Assembly: GCA_046761005.1 (NCBI GenBank)
Contig: JBHIFI010000003.1
Location: 1 to 59,211, forward strand
Source: Thermoplasmata archaeon
GTDB lineage: Archaea; Thermoplasmatota; Thermoplasmata; RBG-16-68-12; JAGMCJ01
Reading direction: 5' to 3'
DNA: 59,211 nucleotides
Made by a program: the position numbers and the translations under genes. Shown here in pieces: positions 49,601-57,309 of the stretch (position 1 is the stretch's first letter; each line of letters starts with the position of its first letter). The notes under the pieces were generated by a model. It saw nothing but the letters and a program-made list of their open reading frames with translations, did no database searches and was not told the DNA's origin.

Positions 49601-51788
49601 GCTCAGTTCGAACATCCTTTCCTGTCCAGAATACGTTTCCCTTGTAGACGTTTCCTCCAGGAGAAGTGACAGTCAAATCGAGATTGTTGACAAGCGCCTT
49701 TGTTGTGGGAACGGCTCCAGGATAGTCGCTGTATGCCATTATGACTTTGAAAGGAACGGTATCGTCTGTGACGTAGTATTGATATTCCACGGTTTCCCCC
49801 GTCAAGAGGCCTGCCTTGTGATCTACGACCCGAAGTCTGTTCGTGTCGCCGGAGAAGTATAGCGAGTTGTTCATTATCACTCTTCCCCAACCTTGAGAGT
49901 GGTTTGGCCAACTGCCCTCCAACCTCCTATCCACGTAGTTTCCCTGCATCTGTTTTCCAGCTGCTACTATCGTTGATTTGAGCAGGGCGGCACTGGGAGT
50001 AAATCCATTCAAGACAACGGGATTGCCAGTTGGATACCAGCCTTCCATGAAATATTGGCGGGTTATTGCCGCGAGACCTGCAACCACAGGGCCTGAATAG
50101 CTCGTTCCTTGAAACCATCCTTCGAGGGCAGTGTTGATGTTGTCCCAGTTGTTTCCGGTGGAGCGAGAAGACATGCCTTCTCCAACCGCCATGACAGTGG
50201 GCTTCCGTCTTCCATCATCTGTAGGACCGACGGAGCTCGAGGAATCTACGTTATCCTGACTCATAGGAGAATCGCTCCAACCTACCGATATGCAACTCTT
50301 TGCGGTTGCGGGACTACCCGGTCCTTCCATTGCCCTATTTCCCGCTGAAAAAACGACGAGCATATCCGGATATTCCCACATGAACTTGTCGACCATCATG
50401 GCCTCGAGGTCATAGTCGATGTTCCTGGCGCCCCAGCTGTTGCTGTGAATTCTCGCGCCATCCTCATATGGGTCCCAGAACAAGTCATGGTAGTCGTCTG
50501 GTATGTATCGAAGTGCGTCGTCCCACCAATCCATAAATTCTGGGTTCTGGTATAGGGTGCCTACATCCTGCAGGAATATCTTCGCACCCTTAGCGATACC
50601 ATCGTTCGCGCTCCCGCTAATGGGATCGTCGTTTCCCAGGAGCGTGCCTGAGGTCATCGTTCCGTGGCCTGATGTTATGTTGCCTGGCTCCCACTTCCAT
50701 GCGCTATCCTTCCACGCCCATGGGTCTGTCGCCGGATCGATACCAACCCACTGACTCATCACCATATACCTTACCACTTTTCTTCTCGAGAGATCCGTGA
50801 CATTATAGATGTCCCCGGTCTGAATCACACCAGGACTCTCCCTGAAGAAGTTGTGGTCGAAATCAAGTCCCGTATCCGCGATGGCAATGACTTGGTTCTC
50901 ACCATGAAGCCCCATGTCCCATATCCTTCTGTTACCGAATTCATCTGTCTGCACAACCCACTGCATGTTCGCGTTCGTAGGCCTCATCTCATAGATGGGC
51001 TCCACGTACTGCACGCTATTGAGTCCAGCGAGACGGGGTATATCGTTGCTGTCAACCTTCGCCTTAACGACGCCGAAATCTTCGTTCTGGAAACGCGAGA
51101 GTATCTGATCTCTGTGCAAAGAACTTACTACCTGGCCGAGGCCCTCTCCTTTGAATGTGATAATCTTCACGGAAACCTCTCCGTTCGCGTCCAGTAGGAC
51201 TGGTCTTATCTTATACGCTGGATGGTAGATGCCCAACCACTGGACTTCCTTCAGATTTTTGACTTCTTTCAGGAGACTGTCATCGAGTTGAACGATGAAC
51301 GCATTGTTGGGAATGTAGTTGAGCACTCTGCCTCCGATCCTCTCGATTTCTTCCTTCCATTCTTCCTTTATGGGTCCGTAGAATTGCACAAGATAATGGC
51401 CGTCGATATCACTTCCATAGGATTCCAGCTTGAGACTGGGAACAATCTCCGGCTCCCCTGCCTGGGTGTCGATAATCATTCCATTGATGTAGATATTGTT
51501 CAGGCCGTATTCCTTTTCCACGATCATTCCTTTGGACTGAAAAAGATCATTCTGAGCATTTGTTGTCTTTGCGAGCGCAAACGAGTCATATATCTGCAAT
51601 ATCTCAGTGCCCGATTCTCTCAGAGTATCCAGGTCGTCCTCGGTATCGAAATACACCAATACGGTGTTCACAGCAACGGACTTCTGAGGAACGCCAAGAC
51701 CCACGAATTGTGTGGCGGGAATTACCATCAAAAGTCCTGTTGCGATTGCCAAAATCCTAGCGAATGATTTCTCCTTTGACAACTTCAT
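46653..51788 (-). CDS. Secreted multidomain S8 subtilisin-like serine protease, larger paralog (1711 aa)
   Basis: Same architecture as its neighbour: IADTGLDFDH / SGHGTMTSG / QGTSYSGPVVAG. GGGAGGAGG SD upstream. 44-nt gap to the downstream paralog. It carries a 470-aa insertion relative to the paralog. Confidence 0.9.
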   Translation of the reverse strand: MKLSKEKSFARILAIATGLLMVIPATQFVGLGVPQKSVAVNTVLVYFDTEDDLDTLRESGTEILQIYDSFALAKTTNAQNDLFQSKGMIVEKEYGLNNIYINGMIIDTQAGEPEIVPSLKLESYGSDIDGHYLVQFYGPIKEEWKEEIERIGGRVLNYIPNNAFIVQLDDSLLKEVKNLKEVQWLGIYHPAYKIRPVLLDANGEVSVKIITFKGEGLGQVVSSLHRDQILSRFQNEDFGVVKAKVDSNDIPRLAGLNSVQYVEPIYEMRPTNANMQWVVQTDEFGNRRIWDMGLHGENQVIAIADTGLDFDHNFFRESPGVIQTGDIYNVTDLSRRKVVRYMVMSQWVGIDPATDPWAWKDSAWKWEPGNITSGHGTMTSGTLLGNDDPISGSANDGIAKGAKIFLQDVGTLYQNPEFMDWWDDALRYIPDDYHDLFWDPYEDGARIHSNSWGARNIDYDLEAMMVDKFMWEYPDMLVVFSAGNRAMEGPGSPATAKSCISVGWSDSPMSQDNVDSSSSVGPTDDGRRKPTVMAVGEGMSSRSTGNNWDNINTALEGWFQGTSYSGPVVAGLAAITRQYFMEGWYPTGNPVVLNGFTPSAALLKSTIVAAGKQMQGNYVDRRLEGSWPNHSQGWGRVIMNNSLYFSGDTNRLRVVDHKAGLLTGETVEYQYYVTDDTVPFKVIMAYSDYPGAVPTTKALVNNLDLTVTSPGGNVYKGNVFWTGKDVRTELVESKWGAGSYDTDNPVEGVLVLAPDIGFWRVRVTGTNIPSGPQPFALSILGAIDPGYGQLFLDKTIYGDSDTIRIRVEDTDAGPSLTVEVTSDTEITPETVTLTGTGAGVYEGSIDTSYGIPVTDGILQVSDDDTVTVEYVDVTPPQRAIQKTAVIDGAPPMITDVRATRITNAAATVIWNTDESATSKVYYDTNPISLSNSETKKPGGYFVSHSVDLTNLTTGTKYYFDVESTDRFGHTTRDDNGGQHYSFHTTEKGEILLVIGHETFTYERLDRYKNAFEMFGWSNNEWFVERSGIPGLSFLQGYKVVMWQTGLEEYPPFEPEDMTLITNYIDEGGRFFISSHDVAWAFAKDSGSDYATVQTGQWVNSTLKSDWDADPRFFDSVEGIIGDPISNEYFGTSRLDYQGHRPWGGGDRGDEVIAQSYGGTPSYVWRDYDGDANEAPIAVKWISSAANGTAGPGKVWGGMPSKLVAYFFEVTGIVDSAARGSVINKTIVWLIGHDHPDVQVISPNGGEIYTGDTIQIQWSRQVYSTGINGQALFYSPDDGQSWIRIFPDPAVGDTTYNWDISTLQNGINYRVKVVVQDDGIPYPMLNGSDISDDPFTILRPGGDSEGPITIPGSVGSTPNPVERSLTVTFTAIVDDTNFGNSTIQAAEFFIDAPGQNGTGTPMNPVDVFDTPTEEVTWTGSADWSPGTRCVFVHGQDSANNWGLYSSRCFEVLGKIVQPPSDFMAALTGPSYEDITLTWTLSPDDPLDVDHYSIYYGSSYDPTAASYAFLTTVPNQTEIYVDSGAGLGGSIYYAIYSNSTGGDASRASQQAGKFVRSLSAGVQLISIPITPSNGTVASVFQTLQFDKVWTYDSDSGKWQSYMDFKPYKGVLTTISLDRGYWVDVVQAGDFVVAGWVQSQVDITLSKPWTLVGYPSLTGSMTVGELKASSGAAKVEGYSALAPYFLQELPDSFVLTAGEAYWIGNANYLWTVYT

Positions 51789-52063
51789 TTTGAAGCCTCC
51801 TCCCTAAGAGGTTAAAGCATGTATAACAGTGTTGCCCACGTCCACCACGCTTGGTGAAGTCATTAACCGAGGGCTATAAAAACCTTCCGAAGCTGGCTTA
51901 GAAGGGGCCATCTCGCTGTTTTGGTCCTGTATGTTGGCCTCTGCAACCGACCTGGAGAAGTGTTTGTTGCTTCCTGCCGCACAACTTCTCTTGAATCACT
52001 CACAGAACCTTGTCCAAATAGGCTGAAATCAGGACATATGAAAGACACGCAATGTGGACTCTC

Positions 52064-52777
52064 TTAGTCGCTGATGACTCTTGTAGCCTGGAATACCCCA
52101 CCCTCGAACAGAAGTGTATAGTAGTTGGGACTATGGCTCGTGCCCCTCATCTTCACGCATCTTATTCTTCTTTGTACGGTCACATCGTCGACATTCTCCA
52201 TCTTGACATGGATGATGCCATCCGCTATGAAGTCTTCTCCGTACCTGCCGAATGCCTTCTCACCTATGATCATCTCACTTATTATCAGGCTTGTAACTCC
52301 CAAGTCCCTAAGCCACTCGAAAAGCTGGAAGAGCTCCTCCCTTGGATATTCGAACCTTGCGAGGGTTTCAAGAATGGAAAGCGAGTCAACTGCAAAGAGC
52401 ACAAAGTCAGTGTTTTTCTTCAAATTGGAAGCATACATCTTGAAGATCTCGACCCAGGTTTGATTTTTCAGTGCCTCCAAGTTCTTTCTGATAAGACTGA
52501 GATCAACTATGCTCAGTTTGTCCTCAATATTCTGTGGATCCATCCCCATCCCCTTCATCTGCTTCAGCAGGCTTTTTCTCCCCTGCTCAAGGGATAGGAA
52601 GGCACCCACCTTGTCCTCTTTTAGAGCATTATTGTATAGTATGCTGAATGCCAGACTCGACTTCATCGTGCCGGGTTCGCCACATATAAGAACGATGTGC
52701 CCATTCGGTATCCCTCCATCTAACTTCTCGTCGAAGCCAGCAACATAACTCTTGATCCTACCGTCCTCTTCAATCAA
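52064..52777 (-). CDS. KaiC/RecA-superfamily single-domain ATPase (ArlH/KaiC-like)
   Basis: GFDEKLDGGIPNGHIVLICGEPGTMKSS (Walker A), FAVDSL (Walker B), RCVKMRGTSH. TTG start; 237 aa. Confidence 0.85.
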   Translation of the reverse strand: MIEEDGRIKSYVAGFDEKLDGGIPNGHIVLICGEPGTMKSSLAFSILYNNALKEDKVGAFLSLEQGRKSLLKQMKGMGMDPQNIEDKLSIVDLSLIRKNLEALKNQTWVEIFKMYASNLKKNTDFVLFAVDSLSILETLARFEYPREELFQLFEWLRDLGVTSLIISEMIIGEKAFGRYGEDFIADGIIHVKMENVDDVTVQRRIRCVKMRGTSHSPNYYTLLFEGGVFQATRVISD

Positions 52778-52944
52778 CGGTTGTCCAGAGCCACTCGATT
52801 CGATATTAAGGTTTTCTTCTGAATATCAGTAATCGAAATATAAAAAATAAAAGGGGGAGTAATCGTTATGTGCAAAGTCACAAGGGAAATCCGGCCTATC
52901 CGGGAGAGAGTAAATGTGATTAATAGAGATTTTTGAACTGGTTT

Positions 52945-52995
52945 TGTTACCAATAGGGGGAAGCAAAAGGCTTATCTGTTACCAGGTATGTTACC
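52945..52995 (+). promoter_or_regulatory. Three TGTTACC direct repeats upstream of the wHTH gene
   Basis: Copies at 52945-52951, 52977-52983 and 52989-52995. The middle region also forms the palindrome TACCAGGTA. They lie 15-65 nt upstream of the ATG at 53010. Confidence 0.3.
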
Positions 52996-53009
52996 GGGTC
53001 GGTGAGCAG

Positions 53010-53594
53010 ATGTTTTTTCCCGAGAAAACCTTGAAGAACCTAATCATTTCATATGTCAAAAAGGAAGAGAAATCCATAAGTGGACTGGCCAGGCAACTCA
53101 ACGATGATGGATTTCCGATTCATCGTCTCTTCCTGACTGGTTATCTGCGGGCAATGGCAGACATGGGAGTGGTCAAAGAAAAGCAAATACCTCCCTCAAA
53201 AGTGTATATGACCTCCGCTCGTCGAGAAAAGAACATCTACGAGATGATTGGAGAGAAATGCACATCAGCTGAAGTCTCTGACAAAGATAAGCCAGCCCTG
53301 GCAATCTCGGTTCTGGAAGTGCTTTTCAGGAGACCTGTATTCCTTCAGGAGCTGAGGGAGTGTGGTTTTGATGATGTGGGGGCTGAAAGCGTTAAAGGCG
53401 AAGAGAGGACGGAGGCTAGGAAGCTATTGTTGAAGAACGGCATCGAGATTCCTGGAAATGATCCCGCATACAGAGCAGGCCAGGGTTTTGAGGAACCTGC
53501 ATCTCAGATCCTCAGAGATATCCTTCTTGATAGATTCGATGTCCATCATCTTAAGGTTGATACAAAACAGACGAAGTTGCCGGATATGAGATAA
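53010..53594 (+). CDS. Hypothetical protein with N-terminal winged-helix-like domain
   Basis: KSISGLARQLNDDGFPIHRLFLTGYLRAMADMGVV resembles a wHTH. ATG at 53010 is preceded by GGTGAG. The ORF-track TTG start at 52944 lies inside the repeat region. Confidence 0.65.
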   Translation: MFFPEKTLKNLIISYVKKEEKSISGLARQLNDDGFPIHRLFLTGYLRAMADMGVVKEKQIPPSKVYMTSARREKNIYEMIGEKCTSAEVSDKDKPALAISVLEVLFRRPVFLQELRECGFDDVGAESVKGEERTEARKLLLKNGIEIPGNDPAYRAGQGFEEPASQILRDILLDRFDVHHLKVDTKQTKLPDMR

Positions 53595-53902
53595 GCTAGG
53601 CCACCGAGGTGGACGCTCAGGCTCGATGCTGGTTGTCCAAAGGCCCTCTCGGTCCCGCAACCCCACGAGCGCCGGTAGTTCGTGGTAAGGCTGCTCACTT
53701 CCGTGCCTGACCCGTTACCCACGATTAGGGTGATAGTTTCGGTCCTACGACCGACTTTTCACCGCCTCCTGCCCCGCAGGACAGGACCTCATCGCTGGCC
53801 AGAGGGCCAACACCAAGCTGAATACGCCGCCCTCAGCTGTCACCCCCGCTAACGGCGGTTTCGGTGTACAAGAGGACGCCGAGCCCTCCGGTCAAGCCTA
53901 GC
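53595..53902 (-). ncRNA. Signal recognition particle (7S) RNA, about 308 nt
   Basis: On the minus strand, the 5' GCTAGGC pairs with the 3' GCCTAGC. A helix-8-like motif GGGTCAGGCACGGAAGTGAGCAGCC matches the conserved GGUCAGG..GGAAG..AGCAGCC. GTACACCGAAACCGCC resembles the helix 3/4 region. The region is GC-rich and structured, and the only ORFs across it (53424..53666, 53833..54051, 53864..54145) look spurious. The ends are approximate. Confidence 0.85.
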
Positions 53903-53925
53903 GTATCGTTCAAAGTTCTCGTAAG

Positions 53926-53934
53926 TATATATAA
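53926..53934 (-). promoter_or_regulatory. TATA box (TTATATATA) for SRP RNA
   Basis: Lies 24-32 nt upstream of the inferred SRP RNA 5' end. Confidence 0.5.
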
Positions 53935-54047
53935 TTTGAGAGTGAGACGCCAAAATCCGTCAACGCAAGCATCCTCTAGACGAAAAGTATGGCAATGTCG
54001 GATGGGTCTCATTGTCGTATCTGATAGGCCAGACGTCGATAACCCAA

Positions 54048-54437
54048 TCACAGTCTTTCTATCAGCTCTATCAGTACCTCATTGGGATCCTCGAGGAATG
54101 CAATCCTTGGCCCGCCTGGACTCAGATGAAAAGGCTCATCCGTGACAGTGCCTCCTGCTTCTCTGACCCTCTGGAGGATGCCATCTATATCGTTCGCTTC
54201 AAAAGCAATGTGATCAAACACCCTGTCTTCATATTCCGCCTGGACATAGCTTTTTTGTTGCCTGTAATGAGTGAGCTCTATTCTCGAATCGCCCTCGGGG
54301 CTTTCCAAGAAAGCTATCTCGGCATCGTTCTGTGGGATTTCCGCTCTCCTCACCAACTTCAACCCAAGAACCTTCTCATAGAATTCTATGGTCTCATCCA
54401 TATTTTTAGCGCGAATCGATGTATGTGTCAACTTCAC
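54048..54437 (-). CDS. VOC-family protein (glyoxalase I-like)
   Basis: HTSIRAKNMDETIEFYEKVLGLK and IELTHY resemble lactoylglutathione lyase-type VOC modules; 129 aa. Confidence 0.8.
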   Translation of the reverse strand: MKLTHTSIRAKNMDETIEFYEKVLGLKLVRRAEIPQNDAEIAFLESPEGDSRIELTHYRQQKSYVQAEYEDRVFDHIAFEANDIDGILQRVREAGGTVTDEPFHLSPGGPRIAFLEDPNEVLIELIERL

Positions 54438-54468
54438 AGTAACTCCTTCTCCTGCAATTCAATGGAAG

Positions 54469-54828
54469 CTAGGCCCTCTCCCCAAGGAGCTTGAGGATGG
54501 CCTCTGCAGGTTCACCCTCACATTCGATCAGGGCCTTCCGAGCCTCCTCGGCCGTCACATTTGCCTTCTCCGCGACCAGCCTTACATCCTCCCCAGGAAT
54601 TCTCGGACCCTCCTCAGATTTCTCGAACTCCTCTGCTTCTCCCACGACTTGATAAGTCGTCTGGCCTTGAACTTCCATCTTGGTGACAGCTGCGTTTGGG
54701 ATGACATACTCCTTTGCTGAAGTCTTGATTATAACCTCCTCCACATCTTCTAACTCTTCTGCCTTTATTCCCAGGCGCTTCATCGCCGCTTTTATCTGCT
54801 TGGGACTCATTCTTCCTCCTGGTATCAT
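54469..54828 (-). CDS. nac: Nascent polypeptide-associated complex protein (NAC domain plus UBA)
   Basis: MSPKQIKAAMKRLGI, a NAC beta-barrel segment, and a C-terminal UBA-like VTAEEARKALIECEGEPAEAI. Start set at the ATG 54828. Confidence 0.9.
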   Translation of the reverse strand: MIPGGRMSPKQIKAAMKRLGIKAEELEDVEEVIIKTSAKEYVIPNAAVTKMEVQGQTTYQVVGEAEEFEKSEEGPRIPGEDVRLVAEKANVTAEEARKALIECEGEPAEAILKLLGERA

Positions 54829-54904
54829 CGGGACCCACAAGGTCATTGAACCTTAAAACCTGTTGCATCGCCCTTATATATTGGCCAAACTTTCCAATCA
54901 GAGG

Positions 54905-56671
54905 ATGCGAATTGCAGTTCTTCTTCGCGACAGATGTCAATCAAAGAGATGCAATCTGGAATGCATCAAATACTGTCCTCCAGTGAGAACGGGTACGGAA
55001 ACTGTGGTGATGGGGGAAGAGGGAAGGCCCATGATCTCTGAGGAACTCTGTGTAGGCTGTGGTATCTGCGTGCACAAATGTCCATTCGATTCGATTCGCA
55101 TCGTCGGTCTTCCCAAAGAACTCGAGGGAGAAGTCGTTCATCAGTATGGAATGAATGGCTTCAGGCTTTACAGGCTTCCGACCCCCCATCACGGAGAGGT
55201 AATGGGAATACTTGGCCCGAACGGAATCGGAAAGACCACTGTCATTAGCGTTCTTTCTGGAGAAACGATTCCAAATCTGGGAGATTTGGAGCGCGAGCCT
55301 TCGTGGGACCCAGTTCTTGAGAAATATGCAGGAACGGAATTGCAGAATTATCTGAGGAAGATAGCGGATGGGAGTCTGCTCACCTCATTCAAGCCACAGT
55401 ACGTCGACAAGTTGCCCAAGGCTCATAAGGGAAAGGTTGGAGAGCTGTTGGAAAGGGTTGACGAATCCGGAAGACTGGATGATGTCTCGGAGGAATTTAT
55501 TATCGGACATGCTTTTGACCGCGACCTCGCAAAGCTGTCCGGCGGTGAACTCCAGAGGGTTGCACTGGCAGCGACTTTCCTCAAAGATGCTGACATATAC
55601 TTCTTCGATGAGCCCTCTTCCTATTTGGATATATATCAGAGGCTCAAGGTCGCTGAGTCCATACAGAGCCTATCCCAGACAAAGCAGGTTGTCGTGATTG
55701 AACACGACCTCGCCGTATTGGACTTCTTGGCTGACAGTGTCCATCTAATGTTTGGTGAGAGGGGAGCATATGGTGTGACCTCTCAGCCGAGGGGCGTTCG
55801 CGTTGCCATAAACACTTATCTCAAGGGCTTTCTGAAGGAGGAGAACGTCAGATTCAGGGAGAGGGAGATAAGATTCGAGGCTCATGCGCCGAGGAAGGAG
55901 TGGAGCGGGAAACCGATGATACAGTTTCAGCCCCTCTACAAGAGGTTCAAGGGATTCTCTCTCAAGACAAGCGAAGGGATCATCCGGGAAGGAGAGGTCG
56001 TGGGAGTCGTCGGTCCAAATGCGACAGGGAAGACGACATTCGTGAAGATGCTCGCAGGTGTTTTGAGGCCTACTCGGGGCGAGGTTGAGGGGAATCTCAA
56101 GGTGAGCTACAAGCCCCAGTATATCGAACCGAAGTTCAAGGGAACCGTGCGAGAGGCCTTTCTCTCTGAGGCTGGGGAGGATTTCGAGACGAGCTATTTC
56201 AAAACGGAGATAGAGGCACCTTTGAATTTGCAATCACTCATGGACAGGCCCATTCCCACTCTTTCCGGCGGCGAGCTTCAGTGCGTTGCGATCGGTCTTT
56301 GTCTTGCAAGGGAGGCAGACATTTATCTGATTGACGAACCCTCAGCCTACCTTGATTCAAACCAAAGAATGGAAGCCGCTAGAGCCATAAGAAGAGCCAT
56401 GGAGAACAGGGGAATGAGCGGAATGATTGTTGACCACGACGTGTATTTCATCGATCTCGTCTCCGATTCATTGATGGTCTTCCACGGCGAGCCTTCCAGG
56501 AAGGGGGTCGGAGAGGGGCCGTTCGAGATGCGTGAGGGCATGAATAAGTTCCTCAAGGAGGTGGCCATCACCTTCAGGCGGGACAATGAGACAAACAGAC
56601 CAAGAATCAACAAGCCGGAATCCCGATTGGACCGAGAGCAAAAGGCGGCTGGTGAGTACTACTACGCGTGA
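54905..56671 (+). CDS. ABCE1/Rli1 ribosome-recycling ATPase
   Basis: N-terminal Fe-S domain (CIKYCP...CVGCGICVHKCP). Two ABC cassettes (GPNGIGKT, LSGGELQR; GPNATGKT, LSGGELQC). ATG at 54905 gives MRIAVL. Confidence 0.95.
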   Translation: MRIAVLLRDRCQSKRCNLECIKYCPPVRTGTETVVMGEEGRPMISEELCVGCGICVHKCPFDSIRIVGLPKELEGEVVHQYGMNGFRLYRLPTPHHGEVMGILGPNGIGKTTVISVLSGETIPNLGDLEREPSWDPVLEKYAGTELQNYLRKIADGSLLTSFKPQYVDKLPKAHKGKVGELLERVDESGRLDDVSEEFIIGHAFDRDLAKLSGGELQRVALAATFLKDADIYFFDEPSSYLDIYQRLKVAESIQSLSQTKQVVVIEHDLAVLDFLADSVHLMFGERGAYGVTSQPRGVRVAINTYLKGFLKEENVRFREREIRFEAHAPRKEWSGKPMIQFQPLYKRFKGFSLKTSEGIIREGEVVGVVGPNATGKTTFVKMLAGVLRPTRGEVEGNLKVSYKPQYIEPKFKGTVREAFLSEAGEDFETSYFKTEIEAPLNLQSLMDRPIPTLSGGELQCVAIGLCLAREADIYLIDEPSAYLDSNQRMEAARAIRRAMENRGMSGMIVDHDVYFIDLVSDSLMVFHGEPSRKGVGEGPFEMREGMNKFLKEVAITFRRDNETNRPRINKPESRLDREQKAAGEYYYA

Positions 56672-57279
56672 GCGCGTTGCTTCCTTCTCCAGTATATGTA
56701 GATGATTATGATCGCCAAAGCCAGAATGAATGCAAAGAGGTCGAGGTACTCGAAGAATCCCTCGATAGCCTCTATCCTGCTGCTGAGGAAATAGCCCGTG
56801 ACAGTGAGGACAGTGTTCCAAATCATGGCGCCGAAGAAGGTTGAGACAACAAAATTCCTCAAATCCATCTTTGCGATTCCGGCGGGAAAGGATATGAAGG
56901 ATCTCGTGCCAGGAAGGGCGTGCCCTATGAGGATGGAGGCTCTCCCATATTTCTGAAACCACACCTCGGCCCGCTCGAGATGCTCCTCTCCCAATCTGAA
57001 ATATCTTCCAAACCTATGAACAAAGCCTCGTCCGAAGTAGGCTCCAATATAGTATGCAACCGTGGAGCCCAATGTGGCACCCAAAGTTGCTACAACTATC
57101 ACGGCCCAGACCTCGAATTCTCCCTCATAGGCTAGGGAACCCGCCAAGGGAAGAATCGCTTCGCTTGGGATGGGCGTTATTATCCCCTCGACAAACATTG
57201 CCAGGAATATCCCTGGGTAACCCAGAACAAGAACTAGGTCCCTTACGAAAGCTACAATCTCCGCGACAATGGAGGACAT
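56662..57279 (-). CDS. DedA/VTT-family membrane protein
   Basis: GYPGIFLAMFVEGIITPIPSE motif and the re-entrant helix pattern of DedA. Convergent 10-nt overlap with the ABCE1 end. Confidence 0.85.
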   Translation of the reverse strand: MSSIVAEIVAFVRDLVLVLGYPGIFLAMFVEGIITPIPSEAILPLAGSLAYEGEFEVWAVIVVATLGATLGSTVAYYIGAYFGRGFVHRFGRYFRLGEEHLERAEVWFQKYGRASILIGHALPGTRSFISFPAGIAKMDLRNFVVSTFFGAMIWNTVLTVTGYFLSSRIEAIEGFFEYLDLFAFILALAIIIIYIYWRRKQRAHA

Positions 57280-57309
57280 CAGGCCGCGCTTTACAGGCGG
57301 GAACCTTAG

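Noticed and set aside
52868-52936. 22-aa mini-ORF (MCKVTREIRPIRERVNVINRDF) preceded by GGGGGAG in the KaiC/wHTH divergent spacer.
   Set aside because: It could be a leader peptide, but there is no evidence beyond an SD-like motif. It cannot be assessed without comparative or ribosome-profiling data.
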